Program-made: the position numbers and the translations under genes
Source: the human T2T-CHM13v2.0 reference genome, Homo sapiens
Direction: 5' to 3' (one strand)
Length of the DNA: 64,000 nt
Assembly (NCBI RefSeq): GCF_009914755.1
Contig: NC_060927.1
The notes under the pieces: model-generated
Seen by the model: the letters and a program-made list of their open reading frames with translations, nothing else
The model's database searches: none
Told to the model about the DNA's origin: nothing
Part shown: positions 54,601-64,000 of the stretch, piece after piece
Position numbering within the stretch: the stretch's first letter is position 1
Layout of the letters: each line of letters starts with the position of its first letter

Positions 54601-56458
54601 CCACAGAATGGGCAGCAGAGGCTGCAACATCCTGGCCTGCAACCCAGGTCCTGGTGAGTCAGGCAGAAAGTGAAGGTGGCTGGTGCCTGCTCCTCTGCCT
54701 CCTCCAGGCAGGCCTCCCTGAATGCAACTCTTGGAGATTGGGAGCAACTCAGTCAGCAGACTTTCTCTGACCCAGCAGACTTGGCTCTCAAGGGCAGCAA
54801 GCCCTCATTCACCTCCAAGCTCACGGTTGAGCGTACAGAAACTGCTTGATTCCTCCTGTGGACTCGGCATGAGGGAGACACCAGGGAGGCCCCTGTGTGA
54901 TTTTTCACTTTGCTTTCAAGTTAAATGGTGTGATGGGCTACCTGAGATTTTGCTCAAAATGTGAACATCTGGCTCAGGCTGTGATCGACTGATCAGAGCT
55001 GACCTGGACTACTGAAGGCCTTGGTATCCCCTGGGTGAGGCCAGGGAGGGGGCCCCCTGGCCTCAGAGTAAAGACTCTCTAGACCTCCCTCCCCTGTCTG
55101 CAGATTTGAGTTCAGGGTAACATCTCCAGACAGAAACCTTGGCCCCAGGCTCCCAGAGGATCACCTTCCCAGCAGAACCCTGAGAGAGAGGGGGATCCTT
55201 GAAAGCTGAGGGCAGACCTGAGAAGCAGGTCCTCCTCCTCCGCCCAGCAGAAGGTCTCTTTGACACAGACTGCTTTCCCCAGGCCAGGGGCTGGGAAAAG
55301 GAAACCCCCTTCCCAGATGGGTCTCAGCTCCGCCCCCCTCTCTGCTTCCCGGACAGACCCTCTCCTGGGCTGAAGGCTGTAGCCCTAGAGTTTTCTCTGG
55401 GATGGGGGAGGGGACACCCACTTCTTGTTCCTCCCTGTATGCCTGCTGCCCTTCCCTTAGCTCCCTTGGGTTGGGGGAGAGGGGCAGGGAGTTGTTCCTG
55501 GGGAGCAATGACACCTGCCCTGATCTTCCACTTGCAGGACCAAAGCACCTAGGGTGAGGGGGGCAGGGACTGCTGCCAAGGAGCTCTGATGGCTGAGGGG
55601 AGGTGAGAGAAGGTGCCACAGGCAGACCCAGGCCCAGGTGGGATGGCATCCTAGTCCCACCCCACCTAAGGGGTCTCCATGCTCTCCCCCTCCCTTCCTC
55701 CTTTCCCTGCAGCTGATGTCTACATACTTCTTGTTCTTTTCTCAGCAACTCTGGCCTTTTAGAGTGTCCCCTGGTTGACTAAGGCCCCCTGTCCTGAGCC
55801 CTCAGAGGACAAGGTGTGTGGGGATGTCAAAACAGCATCTCCTAGGGTTCCCCCAGATATCATTGACCACGGCTCTCCACACTGAGGCCTGCTGAGGGGT
55901 GCAGCTGGGCAGGATGGGGTGGGGTGTCTGCCCTCAGCCTATAAAATCCCTAGGCACACCCTGCCCCCACCCCACCTTCTTTTTCCTACAGATGTAGATA
56001 TAGAGATATATAGACCTAAACAATGTGTGTTATGTGTGTACACACACATACACACACATCTTTTTTCCTATTTGATATCTGTCTCCTCCATCTAAAATGG
56101 AAATGCAGAGTCTAGGTTGGTTCACCCTCAGGACCGTGGTGCCAGGCTCATGATAGACGCTTAGCAATGTTTCTGGAAGGAATCCACAGCAAGGTCAAGC
56201 TGCTCTACTGGAGTTTCTGGGCCCTCCCCCGCAAGAACTTTCCTTTACATTCTGTAGGCGTCCCCAGTGTCTGCCTGGAGCCAGGCAATGGGATTATTTC
56301 ATTCACTTTGGCTCGAAGGTGACATTTCTCTTTATTAAACAAGAAGATGGCCTCTGAAGGCGCCGAGCCGCATCCACCCAGATACCACCTACCGCAAACT
56401 GCCCAGCTTCTGAGCCCAAGCCCTGGTTGCTACTCCCAAGGAAGGGTTTTACTTATGG

Positions 56459-56460
<2 letters not shown>

Positions 56461-56508
<48 letters not shown>
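56461..56508 (+). repeat. (GT)24 microsatellite
   Basis: Perfect dinucleotide run. Confidence 0.98.
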
Positions 56509-56509
<1 letters not shown>

Positions 56510-57919
56510 GTCGGGCAGGGGGCATTTCTCAAAGGGCTCCATTTAATAGTCAATTCCAGGAGTAGTGAGGCAGGCAGGTGACTCCATCTCATTCCACTGC
56601 CTGGCTGAGGGTGGTGACCACACCAGCCTCAAGGCCTCAAGGAGGACACACCAACCAGAACCTTTCACCCCAATATTTATTGACCCCACACTCTGGAAGA
56701 CCTGGGAACTTGCTGGGAACTTGGTTTTCCTGCAGGACTGGGAATAAGAGCTAGAGGGCAGAAGGTGGGTGGAAGGGGGAGAAGGTGCCTGTGAGGGCAC
56801 AAGAGGTGTGAACATGTGCCCTGGCACCCACAGAGACAGCTGCCCTGTGCACATCGTCTAGCCAAGCCCACCCCGCAGGAGAGGGGCATGGGGCAGGCAG
56901 CAGGAGCGGATGGGCACTGGGGTTCTCCTGGAGCCCCCATCCAGGTCCTGGTCCCTGGGAGCCAGCCTTATTCCACAGGCCCCTTTTCTTCAGGATCCCC
57001 CAGACGCTGGATCTTCTGAAGCTCCCACATCCCTGGGCTGAAGGCCCACCCAACAGGGTGGGAGGACACAGCCCACCACCGCCTTTCCTCTCACTCCATG
57101 CCCCTCCAGATCCTGCCAATCTGCTGAGGGGAGGAGACCTCTTCCAAAGATCAAGGCCATCACTGACAGGCTGAGCTGTGACCCCAGTGTCATTGGCTCA
57201 TGGGCACGTGGCCCTCCCCTCACCTAAGGCCCTGTCCCCCAGCCCCTTCCTCTAGCTCAGCCCTCCATCGTGGAACTGGGGGAGTGGGGGCTCGCCCGCC
57301 CCTTATTTCCATGACGCTGGCCTGAAGGCTCAGCTCTCTGGGGAGAGCCTAGATGTCACTTAGAGTCCTGGTTTTGTGGGACTTTCAGGGCTAAAACTGG
57401 AATAGTCCTGGGAAAACCAGGATGGCTGGTCACCCTAGTGTCATTCTCCCCCAAACCCTTCTGAACCCTGCGGGTGGATTCCACACAGATGACCCTAATG
57501 GCTTCCCACCCCCCACCCTTCCCCTGCACCCCTGTGCTCCAGAAAAAGCCACACTATTTTGCTTCCTTTCATGTTTCAGACCCAGCTCCTTTGGGTCCCG
57601 AGGTGCCATACCCCCGTCGGGGCCCTTGGGGCTCAAGCCCCCTTCCTCCTCCGGTCTCACAAGGTCCTGTCCAGTTGACCTTTCCACCCTAGGGGGTGAC
57701 AGGCCTTGGGACCCCAATCCACAGTTGGGAAATGAAGCTCCAGGGCAACCTCGAAGTCAGGGCCAGAGGCATTTCCTCAGACGGCTCAAGAGAAACCTGG
57801 GGTGCCACCTCATAGCTGTGATCCAAGCAACTATCCCCAGGCCCCCCACAGCCCCTCACCCATCCTGCCCCTCCTAGGGTTCCACACCCCAAGCGTCACA
57901 GGCTCACACACTCTCCATG

Positions 57920-59545
57920 TAAACATCTTCATTACATCTTTAATGCTCTCACGTGGAGCTGCTCTGGGTTAAATTACAGCTGTATGCATCCTGAATTCCT
58001 GGCAGCCTCCAGTCGACTCAAGTGCTAACGTATTTATAGCATTTAGAGGAGGGAATAAATCCAGAACCTTCCCCATGGGGGCTTCCTAGGCCTTTCCCTC
58101 CTGACACATGGCATTTGCCCAGTGGAAGGTCTGCATACACTACCCCTGCATCCCCTCCAGCCAGCAGCGGACAGTGACGGTGGAGAGGCTGGGCACGGGA
58201 CATGCCTCTGTGCATGCTTGTGTGCATATGTATGCCCAGCGTAAAAAAATGCCCTGCTCTTGTGGTCTGTCTCTGCCCAATGGCTTGCCAGGACCCCTGG
58301 TATCAGCCCTGACCCTCCAAGGCTTATGGAGAGGCCAAGTGCAGGGACCCATCTCCCCACTCTCTAAACACTGAACGGCTCTTCCCATAGATGGGATGGA
58401 GGTGGGGAATTCAAACATAGACTAAGTTTTTTAGATGTTTTTCTGAAGTGCAATCCCTCACCCACTTTCAGGCAGTCATAACTGCCCCCTCTAGCCTGCA
58501 GCCTGTGATTACTGCCCTCAGACCAACAGCCTCTCCCAACCCCAGATCCTCATTAGAGCCCAAGACAGGGAGCCGTTTTCAGAAGCAGGTGAGCCCAGTG
58601 AAACAATGCAGTGGAGAGAGGAACCGTGCTGTGCGTGCTTCCCTCTTCCCTGCAGTCCCTGAAGATTGAAGGCAGAGAAGATAGCCTACCCTGATGCTCC
58701 ACTACATACCATGGGGTAGAGGTCGACTTGGAGGGTGGGGCCAGTGTGGACAATCTCATTCTGCCCGCTGTGCTGGGACAGGCACATGTCTGCCCATGGG
58801 CACACTCATGCACATGCATGAGGCCTCTCGGCAGGTCTGGGGGGGCTGCATCCTTCCACTTCCATTCCCCTACTTCCTTCCCCCTCAGCTCCCATCCTAG
58901 CTTGGCCCCAGTAACATCTGGTTGCCAAGGATGGGTGGCTGGGAGACCTCCTGGACCCTCCGTAGTATGGATGGACCCTGGGTGTGAATTGCCCTTCTCC
59001 TGGCATCCTTGCATACTGGACAGTTTCAGCTCCATCTCTGGGCTTCTCAGGGCCCATAACAGATGCTGCCCTACCCTGTCCCTATAACTTGGGTGGTTTC
59101 CTCTCCCCACCCCAGAGGAGGCTCCAGATTCCAAAAAACAGGTCTCTCCCTAACAGAGGGAAACCTCCCCTTTCCTCCCCCAATCCCTCCCACTCCGTAT
59201 CTCCCTCATTTCCTCCACATTAGCGGGGCAGACCCTGATGTGAGGGATCTGGACAGGGGATGAGGAAGCCAGCAGAGGCTCTTGACCTTCTCAGCATGAG
59301 GGATGCCCTCTGTGCCAGGGCCCTCAGGTCAGGAGAAGTCAGTGGTCAGAAGTCCAGCCTGGCTAGGGCCCTCTCTTAGAGTCTAAAGTCAGCAGGTGGG
59401 TCTGGAGAACAGCTAGGACCTGGCTCAGCCCTCTTGTGTCTTGGCAGGGAAGATCTTCAGAGTAGGTCTTGACAATCAGGGAGTGGGGAGCTCTGTAGGC
59501 ACCGTGATGGGTCTCTATCAGAAGTCCAGGCTTGTCCCAGGCCAC
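57920..59545 (-). other. C3orf18: C3orf18 3'UTR (3' end inferred)
   Basis: Lies between the TGA stop (59546-59548) and the candidate ATTAAA signal. Confidence 0.65.
57939..57944 (-). terminator. C3orf18: Candidate C3orf18 polyadenylation signal ATTAAA
   Basis: TTTAAT on the plus strand about 1.6 kb past the stop codon, followed on the minus strand by GU-rich sequence. Confidence 0.6.
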
Positions 59546-59848
<303 letters not shown>

Positions 59849-60721
59849 TTAATTATGCATGCACTGCCTTTTCCCAGTGGGGGATCAGAGGGCTGGACTC
59901 TGTATCCCCAGGCCCTAGCACAGGGGCTGGTACAAGGAGGAACATGGGAAACAAGTATCAAGTGGCCAGAAGTCCCAGTGGCTGGGTGGACCAAGGTTCT
60001 CAGTGCGAGTTCCTGAATATCCCAAGGGGGCAATATATCTTGACCCAGGTGATGCAGAGCTGGTGGCAAAACCAAAGGGTCTTCAGACTTCCAGCCTGGA
60101 TTCTTTCTGAGCCCAAGAAGACGCAAAGAGGCTGGATAAGTCAGGGGCAGGCCAGGCCTGCTCATGGTGCTCTGGCCCTTGGGGATTTGGGGAAATGGTG
60201 GCAAGTGGTCAGGCAGCCCAGTGGTTACAACAGGATGGCCACACAGGTACCTATCCCTTTGGACACAGGAGGCAAGTTTGGCTGAGATCTTCACATGCCT
60301 GGGTCTGTCAGCCACTGGGAATCCACCAGCCTACTCAGAGGTACCGCTGTCCAAGAGTCTAACCCCATCCACAACCCACTCAGGACCACGGACCCTCAGG
60401 AAGCAGAGGAACCTGGGGTCCTAGCCGCCAACAGTCTCTCCCATTAGTCCTTTCCTACTTTCCTAACCAGTACGTGGGGGCACATGGGGCAAGAATTAGG
60501 ATTTGCAATTGTGGAAGAGAACACTGAGGCTCAGAGATGCCAGTGGGGCTCCCAAGATCAGCAGGCTATGGGGCAGAGCCAGGCTGTATCCCAGGACTGC
60601 CTTGGCCTGGCCTTGCGCTGTGAGTTTGTGGGTGGCCCCAGAGCAATATGACCACTTTCTGAACAAATCTGGAAAAAGCCGTATACCCAATACCTGCCAT
60701 CTGACCACAAGGCAGGTGCTA

Positions 60722-61126
<405 letters not shown>

Positions 61127-61610
61127 TCAACCCCTTAAATGGGTAGCCAGGGAGGCAGCAGTTACCCACTCCAGGGTAAGGCCATACGCCAAGTAGCTGT
61201 CATCCATGGGCCCCACAGAGATCACCTAGGCTAGGGCCTTGCTGTAATCCACAGCGTCTGAGTCTCAGGTGGGACTGGGGAGCCAGTAGCAGTCAGCTCA
61301 GAGCAGCAGGGCAAGGGTGGCTGGGCAGTTGGGTGGGAGTAATCCCAGCCTTCCCCCTCCCTGCCATCCCCAGTCCCAGGATTATACCCAGTTATCTAGA
61401 ATCCTCACACCTGCCTGCCCTGTGTGTGAGATCCTTGTGCAAGGGGGGCCCTCAACCCTCCCCAAAGGAAAGTGGTCACCCCCAACCATGAATGGGCAGG
61501 ACAGGCCTTGACTCCCTGATCAGCTTTTCACCCACTTCCTTCGGAGCCCAGCCCAGCACTCCCCATGGCCTCAAGTTTTGGGTGGGATTTGGGTTTGGGT
61601 GGGGAATTAC

Positions 61611-61636
61611 CTCTTCTTCTTCCTGATGTACAAAAC
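61611..61636 (-). CDS. C3orf18: C3orf18 26-nt micro-exon (VLYIRKKK-R), absent from the ORF track
   Basis: TCCTTCTCTTGCAG|GTTTTGTACATCAGGAAGAAGAAGAG|GTAATT; the phase-2 end joins the next exon to make AGG (Arg). Confidence 0.93.
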
Positions 61637-61793
61637 CTGCAAGAGAAGGAGCAGCATCAAATGGCAAGGAGAGGAGGCCCTGAGGAACCCAGCAGCCCTT
61701 CTGGATGGGGACATGCTGAGGCTGATGAACAAGAGACCCGTGGGTCCCCGTCCTAATGACACATACACCACTCCCCCTTCACCTTCATGCCTC

Positions 61794-62085
<292 letters not shown>

Positions 62086-62365
62086 CCATGCCTCCTTTTG
62101 ACATTGTTAGCTGCAGACAGTGCCCAGACTGAGTCTGGGGACTCAAGAGGCTCCCTCCAGCCTGGGAGCCCACACAGTTAGGCCCGGCCTGGGGACTGGT
62201 GGGCCCCACCTATTGGCTGGGCTGCCAATACTAACTGTAGCTCCAGCCACTCAGCACCTGCCTGTGGCTCCCCAGGGCTGAAGAAGAAAGGGAAAACTTC
62301 AGCACATTCCCTCCCCTCAACTCTTCCCAGGCTCAAAGCCACATGCAGGCAAAAAGTAAAGGGAC

Positions 62366-62493
62366 CCGGTAAGGTAGCACATGCCTGTAGTCCCAGTTAC
62401 TCAAGAGGCTGAGGCAGGAGGATCTCTTGAGCCCAGGAGTTCAAGTCCAGCCTGGGCAACATACTGACACCCCGTCTCTACAACATGTAAAAA
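62366..62493 (+). mobile_element. Alu monomer (FLAM-like)
   Basis: CATGCCTGTAGTCCCAG...GGAGGATCTCTTGAGCCCAGGAGTTCAAG...CCCCGTCTCTAC as a single arm. Confidence 0.85.
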
Positions 62494-64000
62494 GAACCAG
62501 AGACAGGCAGTGGCCAGACTCTGTAGCGTGTAGAGCAGTGGCTCTAGGCAAGGCCCTGAGCTGGTGGTCTCCGGAGTTCCTATGGGAGGCTGACGGCCCC
62601 CAGTGGACTAAGGTAGGGGTGGGGGACTGGAGCCCCTAGGCATCAGCCCAGGTCAACTCCCAAAAACTCTGATGCAAGAGGAACCTAAGAAGGCCCCTAG
62701 GTCCGGTCCCCCATTGTACAACCTTGAAGATGAGGGCCTAGGCAGCCTGAGAAAACATCTAGGACCTCTAGGCCAGAGTAAGAAACCCTGTACAATGCCC
62801 TGAGGAGAGGGAGGAAGTGGGTAAGACTTGGGGGACCACCTTGGGCGGGGAATCCAGGGACTTCTGCCATCATCCTGCTCTTCCCTAAACTGGCAGTTTC
62901 TGACTACCAGGAGCATGACTACCTCTGCCTCGGGGAAAGCACAGCCCTGTGGTTTACCCCAAATCCTCCCACATTCTTTGTGCCCCATTCACAGCTTGAA
63001 TCTGGTTTGATTTCCAGCCTGGCCCAGAGCTCCTCCTGCAGGACCCCCAAAACCTGAAAAGAAACTAGGGTATCAATCCTCACTCTCCCCTCCTGTCCAG
63101 GGTTGCATGTAGGGGTGCTCCCTTGCTCTCCTGTGGGTAGGCTGTGACAGGAACTCTGGGGTCTTCTGGCCTAGCCCCTGCCACCCTGAGCAAGTGGATC
63201 CAGCCCCAGCCCCAGCCCCTGTGGTCCCCACCTCTCAGCCCTTGCCCCAAGCCCTCCTCCCTCCCCTGAGACCCTGGGATTCAGAAGGATCTACAGAAAA
63301 GGCCAGAACCTTTACGCAATTTCCATGCCTTTTCCCCTCTTCCTCAGCTAACAGCCACCCCCACACCTTCCTTTCCAAATCTTCCCTACCCCTCACTGTC
63401 CAGCAGGTGCAGCCCCCTCTCCTCCAGGAACCTCCCCCACCACTGATCCTGGTCTGCCTGTACCAAGCACTTTTCCTTCCTGGGTAAGGCAGAAAGCCTG
63501 GTGCAGATTTGCTCCTCCTTGTACCCACGGCCCTGCTTGAGGCTGGCATCGGGGAGAGGAAGCAGCACTCAGTGAGCACCTCTGGGCCTGTCTCCGGTCC
63601 CCAGGAGCTATCTTCTGCCCTCCGCTGCCTTTGTCCTACGAGCTTCCTACCTCTGATTTTGGCAAGAGGGGCATCCACCCAGGCCTTCTGAATGTTCCTC
63701 TAGAACAAAGAGTAAGAGAGCGTTCTCAAGTTCCAAGGACAAAACCTTTCACTGAAAGTAACGAGGGCAGTTTCTAGGCCCCATTCTGCCCTTAAGGGTG
63801 CCTCCATCTGCTTACCCACTGCATGGGTGCCAAGGGAAAACACTGGCATCCTGCCTTACCTCCACCCAGGAGACCTCTCAGGCCCTGGCCTCATTCTGCC
63901 TGTGCTGCACCCTGGGCCTGCTTGCTGGCTGGCAGTTGCTCCCTGGCAGCAATCTGGAGCCTGTGGGGCCCATATGGCAACCCTGGTTTAACAGCAGCTC

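Overview
Human-type, GC-rich genomic DNA that I recognise from the translated exons as the CACNA2D2–C3orf18 interval (3p21.31). Left end: CACNA2D2 coding exon 1 (minus strand, 3330-3125) in a large CpG island, with intron 1 running off the left edge. Right end: the last three coding exons and 3'UTR of C3orf18 (minus strand), including a 26-nt micro-exon. The ~54 kb between them is non-coding. It holds a near full-length HERV-K(HML-2) LTR5_Hs-type solo LTR with a perfect 5-bp TSD, nine Alus and an Alu monomer, older LTR/L1/MIR relics, an orphan CpG island, a near-canonical REST/RE1 site, convergent CTCF motifs, AT-rich homeodomain-motif islands and several short local non-tandem duplications. 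I found no new protein-coding system; nearly all other ORFs in the track are GC- or repeat-derived noise. The most interesting signals are regulatory: an out-of-frame upstream ATG overlapping CACNA2D2 exon 1, a candidate alternative first exon, the LTR/CTCF/RE1/orphan-CGI arrangement upstream of CACNA2D2, and duplicated enhancer-like fragments with a readable donor-to-copy direction. Repeat subfamily calls and consensus comparisons are from memory, not from alignments.
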